NCBI RefSeq assembly: GCF_963921235.1
Contig: NC_086097.1
Span: forward strand, 24,678,001 to 24,742,000
Reading direction: 5' to 3'
DNA length: 64,000 bases
Origin: Mobula hypostoma
Lineage: Eukaryota
Of this stretch, positions 51,190 to 64,000 are shown one piece after another. A model generated the notes under the pieces. The model did not search any database, had not been told where the DNA came from, and saw nothing but the letters and a program-made list of their open reading frames with translations. Numbering within the stretch: the stretch's first letter is position 1; each line of letters opens with the position of its first letter. The position numbers and the translations under genes were made by a program.

Positions 51190-54089
51190 TAGATGGGTGG
51201 GTTACTAAGTTACTACCAGAGAGCCTGAATTTAAGGTGAGAGTGGGTAGGTTCAAGGGAGAAGTGAGGAGCAAGTTTTTACGCAGCAAGTGGTGGGTGGT
51301 GGAGGCAAATAGGCTATGGACGCTCAAGAAGCTCATATGAATGTGCTGGGAATGGGGCATACGGGCATTGTGTAGGCAAATGGGTTTAATTTGGTTTAGC
51401 ATTTGATTATTGATTTATTTAGTCTAGCACAATATTGTGGGCTGAATGGCCTCTTCCTGTTCTCTGAATAAACAGATCTTCCTTTCTTTGAGGAGTTTGG
51501 ACTGCACTTGTTCTTGCCCTGGTTCGAGAGGTTTTGGTGGTAATGACAGAGTTCCACTCAGCAGGACCAACTCTAGTGTTGAGAAAGCTTTGGCCAAAGA
51601 AGTCTTCTCACTGTGGACTGTGGACTGGTCAATACCTTTTATAAAACACACCAGTGTTAGATAACACTCTATCATGATTGTCCCTTAGCAGTAGACTGGT
51701 ATCTGTAAATGTGTGTTGATTCAGAACATGGAACGATAGAGAGTGGAACAGAACAGGCTCTTTGGCACATGGGGAACCGACCTTTGAACCTACTTACTAC
51801 TAAAAGAAAGTGGGAGCTTCAGGGCTGCCAGAGGAGATTTAACCGACGCTGCCTGGATTGGAGAACACGTCCATTGAGGAAAGGTCAAGCAAGCTAGGAC
51901 TTTTTTCTTTAGAGTGCAGGGAGGACAAGAGGTGACATTAGAGGTATACAAGGTGATAAAAGGTATAGATCGAGTGACCATTAAGAGAGAGGAGCAAGAT
52001 TAGGCCATTTGGCCCATTGAGTCTGCTGCTCAGTTTTATCATGGCTGATCTATTTTCCCTCTGAACCCCACTCTCCTGCCTTCATAAGGCCATCAGAGTG
52101 GACTGCCAGATCAGTCCCAGGGTGGAAATGGCTAATATGAGGGGGCATAATTTTAAGGTGATTGGAGGAAAGTATGGGGGGATGTCAGAGGTAGGATTTT
52201 CACACAGAGTCATAGGTGCATGGAACATTCTCTGAGTGAAGAAACTTCCCCTCAGATTCCCCCAAAATATTTCACTTTTCGTCTGAATCTATGATCTCTA
52301 ATTCTAGTCTCACCCAGCCTGAAGGAAAAAGACTGCTTGCATTTACGCTATTTCTACCCCTCTACAAAATTACCCTCATTCTCCTACACTCCAGGGAATA
52401 AAGTGCTAACCTATTCAACCTATTCAGCCTTTTCATATTAATATATTAATAATTAGTATAAATTAATTAGGATAAATGGTTGTTATGGACGATGGGCTGT
52501 ATCTCTCTATGACTCTCGAGTGGGCTCTGGGTCTCCAATAAGGTGGCAGATCCCAAGGTCCTGATCCCAACCCTCTGCATCTCTGTCCAAAGCTGGTGAA
52601 TAGCTTCTAGATATTTCCAGTACAGTCAGAGGGAAAAACTTAATGTTTCAGGTCAGAGACGCTTTGCCAGCACAGGAGATTCTTACTAACACCCCTTTGT
52701 CTGTGTGTCTTCAATCTCGGCTATTCTCTTCAGGATGAGAAAGCCTGCAGCTACTCGTAACATAAATCCTCATAAGAGAGCAATGATCTGCCTCAGGGAG
52801 TTGTGGAGGCTGGAACATTGAGCATAGAATATACAGCACAGTACAGGCCTTTCAGCCCCATGATGCTGTACCAACTTGTCAACAAACTCTAACATCAAAC
52901 TAACCCTTCCCTTTCTCCATTTTCCTTTTATAGCTCATAACTCTCATAGCCTTCCATTTTACTTTCATTCATGCTGATCTAAGAGTCTCTGAAATGTCCC
53001 TAATGTATCTGCCTCCACCACCACCCCTGGCACATGCTCCACGTACTCACCACTCTCCGGGTAAAATACCTCTCTGTCCTCCCTCCTACACTTTCCTCCA
53101 ATCACTTTAAAATATGGTGCCCTATATTAGCCATACCTGTGCTGGGAAAAGGTGCTGCTGACCACACAACCCAAACTTCTTATCAGCTTATATGCTTCTG
53201 TCAATTCACCTCTCATAAACACAAGCAGATGATGGAAATCCAGAGGAACACACACAAAATGCTGGAGGAACTGAACAGGTAAGGCAGCATTTATGGAGAG
53301 GAATAAGCAGTTGATGTTTTGGGCCTTCACCCTTCATCAGGACCAGAAAGGAAGAGGGAAGAAACTAAAATAAGAAGATAGGGGTAGAGCAGGGAGCAGA
53401 GGCTGGTGGGTGATAGGGGAAGAAATCACTTCTCAGCCTTCATTTCATTTACAGAATTTAAAGAGGAGGTAGTTATATTTTTGAAAAAACAGGGAGCTGG
53501 AAGAAACAAGCAAGGAAGAGATAAAGCCTGGATCAGATAAGCCATGATTTTATTAAACGGTGGGACAGGATCAAGGGGCTGAATGGCCTGCCCCTGCTTC
53601 CACTTTGTTTTGCTCTTAGGTCCTTCTCCTGTCAATGCGTGGCCCCTGCCAAACTGAACTGTACCAGATTCTCACTCGTGTTTCATTATAATTGGATTTT
53701 ATTTAAGTATCTCATTCTTCCCTTACCCAGTACTTCATTAAAATGGACCAGCAGCAGTAAACAGTTTGTTGGATGTTATACAGGGTCAAAAGTGCCAGTG
53801 CACAGACTAGGCAGAGTGCCAAGCAATCAGTTTCTTAATGCCTCAGTGCAAGTGAAGGTAGGACACGTAGAATGAGATTCCCATCTTGTTCAGCCTGGCT
53901 GCGCCGGATGAATGTTATCAGCACAGGCAGGAGGAAGAGTGGCCATGGCTGAATACTCCAAAGCCTTACCTGCAAACCTCCAGAGATCGGGGAGTGCTGG
54001 AAGGGAGATTGTGCTCAGGAGATTGATGATCCTTGTCGAGGAGAGCAAAGAAAGAGGCCCTTCCATCAATTTATACCCTGCTTATGGGT

Positions 54090-54119
54090 GTTGTGTGTGC
54101 GTGTGTTTGTGTGTATGTA

Positions 54120-54162
<43 letters not shown>

Positions 54163-54200
54163 ACATGTGTGTTTGTGTGTGTGTGTGTGAATGTGTGTTT
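54090..54200. repeat. (TG)n microsatellite
   Basis: Visible TG runs. Confidence 0.9.
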
Positions 54201-56264
54201 GCATTGGGGGAGGCAGAAAAGGGGTCCATTCAGACCAATGGGGGAATGCTGTCTCATAATCCAACAACTCTGTCATTCTCATGGCCCAGTAAATCACTGA
54301 AGTCAGTAGCTCTTCGTGTATCTATCTAATTCCCTTGCAGAAGGTCAGGTGCCACACATTGAGAGAACATAATGTATTAAATCAAGATTCCTCACCTTGA
54401 CTGAAAGAGAATCAGAATCAGGTTTATTATCACAGACTTGTGCTGTGGAATTGCTATTTAGTGCAAGACAAACAGAGGTACTGTGAATTGCAATACAAAT
54501 GAACAGGACAAAAAAGGAGTGTAGAGATGGTGTTTAAGTTTGAACTCAGAGGTGCCATTTATGAGTGAACTGACAGGTGGTGTTTATAGGTGAACACAGA
54601 GGTGGTGTTTATGTGTGAACTGAGAGATGGTGTTTATGGGTGAACACAGAGGTGGTGTTTATGTGTGAACTGAGAGATGGTGTTTATGGGTGAACACAGA
54701 GTTGGTGTTTATGGGAGATCTGAGAAGTATTATGTATGAGTGAACTGAGAGATTGTGTTTAAGGGTGAACTGAGACATGGTGTTTATGGGTGAACACAAA
54801 GGTGGTGTTTATAGGTGAACAAGGGCATGGAGTAAATGGGTGAACTGAGAGGTGGTGTTTCTGGATGAACATAGAGTTGGTATTTATGGGTGAACTCAGA
54901 GATGGTGTTTATGTGTGAACATAGAGGTGGTGATTTTGGGTGAACTCAGCCGTGGTGTTTCTGGGTGAACTGAGAGGTGGGGTTTATAGGTGAACACAGA
55001 GTTGGTGTTTATAGTTGAAATCAGAGATGTGTTTATGGATGAACAGAGAGTTTGTGTTTATGGGTGAACACAGAGGTAGTGTTCATGGATGCACACCGAG
55101 TTGGTGTTTATGTGTGAACTCAGAGTTCGTATTTTTGGGTGATCTCAGAGGTTGAGTTTCTGGGTGAACTGAGAGGTGATGTTTGTGGGTGAACTGAGAG
55201 GTGGTGTATTTGGGTGAACACAGAGCTGGTGTTTATTGGTGAACTGAGAAGTATTGTGTATGAGTGAACTGAGAGATTGTGCTTATGGGTGAATTGAGAG
55301 GTGGTGTTTATGTGTGAACATAGAGGTGGTGTTTATGGGTGAACACAGTGTTGGTGTTTATGTGTGAACACAGAGATGGTGATTATAGTTGAACTCAGCC
55401 GTGTTGTTTCCAGGTGAACTGAGAGGTGGGGTTTATAGGTGAACACAGAGTTGGTGATTTTAGTTGAAATCAGAGGTGTGTTTATGGATGAACAGAGAGT
55501 TTGTGTTTATGGGTGAACACAGAGCTGGTCTTTATGGATGAACACAGAGGTGGTGTTTATGGGTGAACACAGACGTGGTGTTCATCAATGCACACTGAGT
55601 TGGTGTTTATAGGTGAACTCAGTTCGTATTTTTGGGTGATCTCAGAGGTTGAGTTTATAGGTGAACACAGATGGTGTTTATGAAGAAGTGAGAGGTGGTG
55701 TTAATGGGTGAACACAGAGGTGGTGTTTTTTGATGAAAAAAGAGGTGGTGTTTACGGATGAACACAGAGTTGGTGTTTCTGGCTGAACTGAGAAGTATTG
55801 AGTATGGGTGAACTGAGAGGTGGTGTTTATGGGAGATCTGAGAGATTGTGTTTATGGGTGAACACAGAGGTGGTGTTTCTGGATGAACACAGCATTGGTG
55901 TTTATGGGTCAACTGAGAGGTGGTTCTTATGGGTGAACACAGAGTTAGTGTTTATGTGTAAGCTGAGAGGTGGTGTTTATAGGTGAACAGGAGTTTGTGT
56001 TTATAGGTGAACACACAATTGGTGTTTATGGATGAACACAGAACTGGTGTTTATGAGTGAACTCACAGTTTGTGTTTATGTGTGAACTGAGAGTTGGTGT
56101 TTTTTGGGTGACCCAAGAGGTAATGTTTATGGGTGACACAAAGTTAGTGTTTATTGATGAACACAGAGGTGGTGTTTATGGGTGACCTCAGAGGTGGTGT
56201 TCATAGTTGAACTGAGAGCAGGTGATTATGCGTGAACTGAGAGGTGGTGTTTGTTGGTGAACAC

Positions 56265-57073
56265 TGTCACGTACCCTGTGACGGGTTTAAAGAACCAGCA
56301 GAAAGGAAAACATTTTGGAGTCCAGTATTGCTATTAACTAATGGTATTTATTAGTAACTATGTAATACAGTAATATAAATGTAGATAAATCAAACAGATT
56401 AGCAATGATTATATATAAGTAAGTATATCAGTAAGTGTGGAAATATTTGAAAACCAAGCTTCTTCAAGTCTAGGGATAAATAGATAATCTTACAATGATG
56501 AGTAAAGTTCAGTTCAGTGCTTGGTATTGAGTTGAGTAGTGATGGAGAGAGAGAGATTTGAGTCTTCAGGTGAGCTGACGCCATCGATCTTCCCGTTGTC
56601 CTCCGAAATCCTTTAAAAGTCACCGACTGTGACCACAACAAAGGGGACTGTTCTTCTGTGGTGGAACTATCAACCCAGGCGAGAGTTGGCCACACAAATA
56701 ACTCCCCACTGGTCACACCTTCTCCAAACTGCGAGAGCCACTGATCGATCCTCCAAAACCCACTTTTTCTGCGGGCACAACAAAGCTCATTCAGTGTCCA
56801 AAATCATGTGTCTCCGGTCTATCATCTGACCTTCTGTTTATCTCCCTGTACTGAGTACCATCTGTCATTCAAACAGCTCCTCCCTTCTCTGTCTGTATAA
56901 GAACGTACAAGCAAGGCAATGTCCTTGGAAAAGTATAAACAAACTGTGAGCAGTCTTCGTCTCTCTCTCTCTCTCTCTCTCTTAAAAACAACATGTCGGT
57001 GTTAAATACATCTCTCTCTCTCTCTCTCTTTTCAAAAGCACAGTTCGTATGGGTAATTCAGGACCCTGTCACA
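56265..57073. mobile_element. Solo LTR inserted in the satellite
   Basis: Starts TGTCAC, ends CACA; 4-bp TSD acac/atac; satellite register resumes (gaacac|tgagttggtg). Confidence 0.75.
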
Positions 57074-58199
57074 ATACTGAGTTGGTGTTTATGGGTGAAC
57101 ACAGAGGTGGTGTTTATTGATGAACACAGCTGGTGTTTCTGGGTGAAGACAGAGATGCTGTTTATGGATGAACACAGAGTTGGTGACTGTGGGTGAACTC
57201 AGAGTTCGTATTATGGTGAACTGAGAGGAGGTGTTTAGGGATGAAAACAGAGGTAGTGTTTAAGGGTGAACTGGGAGGTAATGTTTATGGGTGAACTGAT
57301 GGGTGAACACAGAGTTGGTGTTTATGGGTGAAATGAAAGGTGCTGTTTATGGGAGAACTGAGAGTTCGTGTTTATGGGTGAACATGCAGATGGTGTTTAT
57401 TGCTGAACATAGAGGTGGTGTTTGTGGATGAACAAAGAGTTGGTGTTTATGGGTGAACACAGTGGTTGTGTATATGGGTGAACACAGAGCTGGTGTTTAT
57501 AGGTGAACACAGAGGTGGAGTTTATTGGTGAACACAGAGATGCTACTTATGGATGAACACAGATTTGGAGTTTATGGGTGAACTGAGAAGTGGTGCTTAC
57601 GGATGAACACAGAGTTGTTTATGGATGAAGACAGATTTGGTTTTATCGATGAACACGGGTGGTGTTTACGGGTGAACTCAGAGTTGTTGCTTATGGATGA
57701 ACACAGAGCTTGTGGTTATGGGTGGACACAGACTTGGTTTTAATAGGTGAACACAGAGTTGGTGTTTATGGATAAACACAGAGGTTTTGTTTAAGGGTGA
57801 ACACAGAGCTGGTGTTTATGGGTGAACACAGAGTTGGTGTTTATGGGTGAACACAGAGTTGGTGATTATGGGTGAACACAGAGTTGGTGGTTATGTGTGA
57901 ACACAGAGTTGGTGTTTATGGGTCAACTGATAGGTGGCGTTTATGGCTGAACACAGTGTTGGAATTTCTGGGTGAACGCAGAGGTGGTGTTCATAGATGA
58001 ATACAGAGGTTGTGTTTATGGGTGAACACAGAGATTGTGCTTATGGATGAACACAGAGTTTGTGTTTATTGATGAACACTGAGCTGGAGTTTATGGATGA
58101 ACACAGAACTGGTGTTTATGGATGAACTCAGAGTTGGTGTTTCTGGGTGAACACAGAGATGCTGTTCATGGATGAACACAGAGTTGGTGTCTGCGGGTG

Positions 58200-60562
58200 A
58201 ACTCCCTCTATGGCAAGAATGTCTTTCCTCAGATTAGGGGACCAAAACTGCACACAGTACTCCAGGTGTGGTCTCACCAAGGCCTTGTGCAACTGCAGTA
58301 GAACCTCCCTGCTCATGTACTCAAATCCGCTTGCTATGAATGCCAGCATACCATTCGCCTTTTTCACCGCCTGCTGTACCTGCATGCCCACTTTCAATGA
58401 CTGGTGTATAATGACACCCAGGTCTCATTGCACCTCCCCTTTTCCTAATCAGCCCCCATTCAGATAATAATCTGTTTTCCTGTTCTTGCCAGCAAAGTTG
58501 ATAACCTCACATTTATCCACATTAAACTGCATCTGCCATGAATTTGCCCACTCACTTAACCTATCCAAGTCACACTGCATCCTCCTAGCATCCTCCTCAC
58601 AGCTAACACTGCCGCCCAGCTTCATGTCATCCGCAAACTTGGAGACGCTGCACTTAATTCCTTCGTCTAAGTCATTAATATATATTGTAAACAACTGGGA
58701 TTCCAGCACTGAGTCTTGCGGTACCCCACTAGTCACTCCCTGCCATTCTGAAAAGGTCCCGTTTATTCCCACTCTTCGCTTCCTGTCTGTCAACCAATTC
58801 TCTTTCCACATCAATACCTTACCCCAATACTGTGTGCTTTAAGTTTGCACACTAATCTCCTGTGTGGGATCTTGTCAAAAGCCTTTTGAAAATCCAAATA
58901 TACCACATCCACTGGTTCTCCCCTATCCACTGTACTAGTTACATCCTTAAAAAATTCTATGAGATTCATCAGACATAATTTTCCTTTCACAAATCCATGC
59001 TGACTTTGTCCAATGATTTCACCGCTTTCCAAATGTGCTGTTATCACATCTTTGATAACTGACTCTAGCATTTTCCCCACCACCGACGTCAGGCTAACTG
59101 GTCTATAATTCCCCGGTTTCTCTCTCCCTCCTTTTTTAAAAAGCAGGGTTGCATTAGCCACCCTCCAATCCTCAGGAACTAGTCCAGAATCTAAAGAGTT
59201 TTGGAAGATTATCACTAATACATCCACTATTTCTTGGGCTACTTCCTTAAGCACTCTGGGATGCAGACCATCTGGCCCTGGGGATTTATCTACCTTTAAT
59301 CCCTTCAATTTACCTAACACCACTTCCCTACTAACATGTATTTCCCTCAGTTCCTCCATCTCACTGGACCCTCGGTCCCCTACTATTTCCGGAAGATTAT
59401 TTATGTCCTCCTTAGTGAAGACAGAACCAAAGTGGTTATTCAATTGGTCTTCCATGTCCTTGTCCCCCATGATCAATTCTCCTGTTTCTGACTGTAAGGG
59501 ACCTACATTTCTCTTAACCAATCTTTTTCTTTAAACATATCTATAAAAGCCTTTACAGTCAGTTTTTACGTTCCCTGCCAGCTTTCTCTCATAAAAATCT
59601 TTTTTACCTTTTCCTAATTAAGCCCTTTGTCCTCCTTTGCTGGACTCTGAATTTCTCCCAGTCCTCAGGTGTGCCACTTTTTCTGGCTAATTTGTATGTT
59701 TCTTCTTTGGAATTGATACTATCCCTAATTTCCCTTGCCAGTCACGGGTGCACTACCTTCCCTGGTTTATTCTTTTGCCAAACTGGGATGAACAATTGTT
59801 GTAGTTCATCCATGCGATCTTTAAATGCTTGCCATTGCATATCCACCGTCAACCTTTTAAGTATCATTTGCCAGTCTATCTTAGCTAATTCACGTCTCAT
59901 ACCTTCAAAGTTACCTTTCTTTAAGTTCAGAACCTTTGTTTCTGAATTAACTATGTCACTCTCCATCTTAATGAAGAATTCCACTATATTATTGTCACTC
60001 TTACCCAAGGGGCCTCGCATGACAAGATTGCTAACTAACCGTTCCTCATTACTCAATACCCAGTTTATAATGGTCTGCTCTCTAGTTGGTTCCTCCACAT
60101 GTTGGTTCAGAAAACCATCGCGTATACGTTCCAAGAAATCCTCTTCCTCAGCACCCTTACCAATTTGGTTCACCCAATACATATGTAGATTGACTGCTGT
60201 TCCTTTATTGCACGCATTTCTAATTTCCTGTTTAATACCATCCCCACCCTCACTACTACTGGTAGGTGGCCTATACACAACTCCCACCAGCGTTTTCTGC
60301 CCCTTAGTGTTATGCAGCTCTACCCATATCGATTCCACATCCTCCAGGCTGATGTCCTTCCTTTCTATTGCGTTAATCTCCTCTCTAACCAGCAATGCTA
60401 CCTCACCTTTTTTTCTTTCATGTCTATCCCTCCTGAATATTGAATATCCCTGAATGTTGTGCTCCCATTCTTGGTCACCCTGGAGCCATGTCTCTGTGAT
60501 CCCAACTATATCATATTCATTAATAACTATCTGCACATTCAATTCATCCACCTTGTTACGAG
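58200..60562 (-). mobile_element. CR1 ORF2 internal fragment (endonuclease plus RT) within the satellite
   Basis: ORFs 59742-60551 (YDIVGITETWL, GVVYRPP, LGKSDNN), 58811-59521 (PGPDGLHPRVLKE, NYRPVSLTS, QHGF, YLDFQKAFDK), 58449-58814 (GVPQDSVL, FADD), 58128-58397. Confidence 0.93.
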
Positions 60563-62196
60563 TGGATGAACACAGAGCTGGTGTTTATTGATGAACACAG
60601 AGCTGGAGTTTATGGATGAACTCAGAGGTGGCGTTGATGGATGAACTCAGAGATACTGTTTATGGATGAACACAAAGTTGGTGTCTGTGGGTGAACTCAG
60701 AGTTTGTATTATGGTGAACTGAGAGGAGGTGTTTATGGGTGAACTGATGGGTGAACACAGAGCTGGTGTTTATGGGTGAACACAGAGATGGTGTTTATGG
60801 ATGAACCCAGAGGTGGTGTTTATGCTGAAAGCAGAGATGGTAGTTAATTAACATGGGTGATCTCAGAAGTGCTGTTTATGAGTGAACACAGAGTTGGTTT
60901 TCATGGACGAACACAGAGTTGGTGTTTATGGGTGAACTGAGAGATTGTGTTTATGAGTGAACACAGTGGTCGTGTATATGGGTGAACTCAGAGATGGTGT
61001 TCATGGATGAACACAGAGTTGGTGTCTGTGGGTGAACTCAGAGTTTGTATTATGGTGAACTGCGAGGAGGTATTTATAGGTGAACTCAGCAATGATATTT
61101 AGGGATGAACACAGAGGTAGTGTTTAAGGGTGAACTGAGAGATGATGTTTATGGGTGAACTGATGGGTGAACACAGAGTTGGTGTTTATGGGTGAACTGA
61201 GATCTGGTGTTTATGGGTGAACTGAGAGGTGGTGTTTATGGGTGAAATGAGAGATTGTGTTTATGAGTGAACACAGTGGTCGTGTATATGGGTGAACTCA
61301 GAGATGGTGTTCATGGATGAACACAGAGTTGGTGTTTTTGGGTGAACACAGAGATGCTTTTCATGGATGAACACAGAGTTGTTGTCTGTGGGTGAACTCA
61401 GAGTTTGTATTATGGTGAACTGAGAGGAGGTGTTTATGGGTGATCTCAGCGATGGTGTTTAGGGATGAACACAGAGTAGTTTTTAAGGGTGAACTGAGAG
61501 ATGATGTTTATGGGTGAACTGATGGGTGAACGCAGAGGTGGTGTTTATGGGTGAACACAGAGTTGGTGTTTATGGGTGAACTGAGAGGTGGTGTTTATGG
61601 GTGAACACGGAGTTGCTTTTTCTGGATGAACACAGAGATGGTGTTTATGAATGAACACAGATGTGGTGTTGATGGATGAAAACAGACCTGGTGTTCATGG
61701 ATGAACAGAGAGATGGTTTTTATGGGTTAACTCAGAAGTGGTGTTTATGTGTGCAATGAGTGGTGGTGATTATCGGTGAACTGAGAGGTGGCGTTTATAG
61801 GTGATCTGAGAGGTGGTGTTCATGGATGAACACAGAGGTGATCATTATGGGTGAACTCAGAGTTGGTGTTGATGGATGAAAACAGACCTGGTGTTCATGG
61901 ATGAACACAGTGTTGGTGTTCATGGATAAACACAAAATTGGTGTTTATTGGTGAACACAGAGATGGTGTTTATGGGTGAATTGAGAGATTGTGTTTATGG
62001 GTAAACACAGAGGTGGTGTTTATGGATGTACGGAAGTTGGTGTTTTGGGTGAACTGAGGGGTGGTGTTTATGGGTGATCTGAGTGGTGGTGTTTATGGAT
62101 GAATACAGAGATGATCATTATGGGTGAACTCAGGGTTGGTGTTGATGGATGAACACAGAGGCAGTGAACACAGAGTTGGTTTTTCTGGATCAACAC

Positions 62197-63330
62197 ATTG
62201 TCATAGTCATACTTTACTGATCCCGGGGGAAATTGGTTTTCATTACAGTTGCACCATAAATAATAAATAATAATAGAACCATAAATAGTTAAATGGTAAT
62301 ATGTAAATTATGCCAGGAAATAAGTCCAGGACCAGCCTATTGGCTCAGGGTGTCTGATCCTCCAAGGGAGGAGTTGTAAAGTTTGATGGCCACAGGCAGA
62401 AATGACTTCCTATGACGCTCTGTGTTGCATCTGGATGGAATGAGTCTCTGACTGAATGTACTCCTGTGCCCAACCAGTACATTATGTAGTGGATGGGAGA
62501 CATTGTCCAAGATGGCAGGCAACTTGGACAGCATCCTCTTTTCAGACACCACCGTCAGAGAGTCCAGTTCCATCCCCACAACATCACTGGCCTTACGAAT
62601 GAGTTTGTTGATTCTGTTGGTGTGTGCTACCCTCAGCCTGCTGCCCCAGCACACAACAGCAAACATGATAGCACTGGCCACCACCGACTCATAGAACATC
62701 CTCAGCATCGTCCGGCAGATGTTAAAGGACCTCAGTCTCCTCAGGAAATAGAGACGGCTCTGACCCTTCTTGTAGACAGCCTCAGTGTTCTTTGACCAGT
62801 CCAGTTTATTGTCAATTCGTATCCCCAGGTATTTGTAATCCTCCACCATGTCCGCACTGACCCCCTGGATGGAAATAGAGGTCACCTGTACCTTAGCTCT
62901 CCTCAGGTCTACCACCAGCTCCTTAGTCTTTCTCACATTAAGCTGCAGATAATTCTGCTCACACCATGTGACAAAGTTTCCTACCATAGCCCTGTACTCA
63001 GCCTCATCTCCCTTGCTGATGCATCCAACTATGGCAGAGTCATCAGAAAACTTCTGAAGATGACAAGACTCTGTGCAGTAGTTGAAGTCTGAGGTGTAAA
63101 TGGTGAAGAGAAAGGGAGACAAGACAGTCCCCTGTGGAGCCCCAGTGCTGCTAATCACTCTGTCGGACACATAGTGTTGCAAGCACACTTACTGTGGTCT
63201 GCCAGTCAGGTAATCAAGAATCAGGGAAGCATCCATCTGCATCGCTGTCAGCTCCTCCCCCAGCAGAGCAGGGCGGATAGTGTTGAACGCACTGGAGAAG
63301 TCAAAAAACATGACCCTCACAGTGCACATC
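62197..63330 (-). mobile_element. Rex1/Babar-type LINE, 5'-truncated, within the satellite
   Basis: ORF 62337-63188 (283 aa) GAPQGTVLSPFLF..FSDDS..YKYLG..KKGQSRLYFLRRLRSF; 3' tail ..aaagtatgactatgac. Confidence 0.92.
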
Positions 63331-64000
63331 ACATCACAGAGATGGTGTTTATGGATGATCACAGTGGTGGTGTTTATGGGTGACCTGAGAGGTGGTGTTG
63401 ATGGGTGGACACAGAAATTGTGTTTATGTGTGAACACAGAGGTGGTGTTCATTGGTGAACACAGAGATGGTGTTTATGGATGAACACAGAGGTGGTGTTT
63501 ATGGGTCAACACAAAGGTGGTGTTTATGGATGTACACAAGTTGATGTTTTGGGTGAACACAGAGTTGGTGTTCATGGGTGAACACAGAGTTGGTGTTCAT
63601 GGGTGAACACAGAGTTGGTGTTCATGGGTGAACACAGAGTTGGTGTTCATGGATGAACAGAGAGATGATTTTTATGGGTTAACTCAGAAGTGGTGTTTAT
63701 ATGTGCAATGAATGGTGGTGATTATCGGCGAACTGAGAGGTGGTGATTATTGGTGATCTGAGAGGTGGTGTTCATGGATGAACACAGAAATAATCTTTAT
63801 GGGTGAACTCAGAGTTGGTGCTTATGGGTGAACACAGAGCTGGTCTTTATGGGTGAACTGAGAGATGGTTTTTGTGGGTGAACTAAGCGGTGGTGTTTGT
63901 GGGTGAATTGAGAGATGGTGTTTATGGATGAACACAGGTGGTGTTTATGGGTGAACTGAGAGGTGGTGATTATGGGTGAAAGAGTTGGTGTTTATGGGTG

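Larger units (their letters stand above)
54525..64000. repeat. 25-bp satellite array (consensus about GGTGAACACAGAGGTGGTGTTTATG), running off the window end
   Basis: TGAAC recurs at 25-nt spacing (54591, 54616, 54641...); over 150 diverged monomers by length estimate; three embedded insertions. Confidence 0.95.

Noticed and set aside
59671..60453. 260-aa plus-strand ORF
   Set aside because: Antisense shadow of the CR1 endonuclease frame
58128..63188. RT ORFs next to a repeat array as a retron/DGR/RT-CRISPR-like system
   Set aside because: The ORFs are ordinary frameshifted or truncated CR1 and Rex1-type LINE fragments like many others in the window
54525..64000. CRISPR-like array
   Set aside because: Monomers are contiguous 25-bp tandem units with no unique spacers, no cas genes are present, and the context is vertebrate

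Overview
This is eukaryotic, repeat-saturated vertebrate genomic DNA. The repeat repertoire (HE1/V-SINE-type SINEs, CR1, Rex1/Babar, L1-like, Penelope-like, Tc1, Harbinger, Tigger) points to a cartilaginous fish, probably a ray or shark (inference). The window appears to lie inside large introns of a neurexin gene on the + strand. The only host exon I can support is the 79/88-nt cysteine-loop exon at 45309-45387/45396 ([27 protein letters not shown][GL]), most similar to NRXN2 but with an NRXN1-type tandem splice donor. It is followed by a ~2.4-kb transposon-free intronic island rich in splicing-regulator motifs and candidate stop-containing alternative exons. Most of the remainder is nested, decayed transposons, and the last ~9.5 kb is a 25-bp satellite array interrupted by a solo LTR, a CR1 fragment and a Rex1-like fragment. 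The most notable non-coding signal is a family of minimal type-I hammerhead ribozyme motifs carried by Penelope-like element termini. Several of these termini occur as self-complementary cassettes, including a near-perfect 48-bp hairpin 2.3 kb upstream of the exon. Transposon boundaries are approximate unless a TSD or TIR is quoted. Family assignments come from recalled motifs, not database searches.
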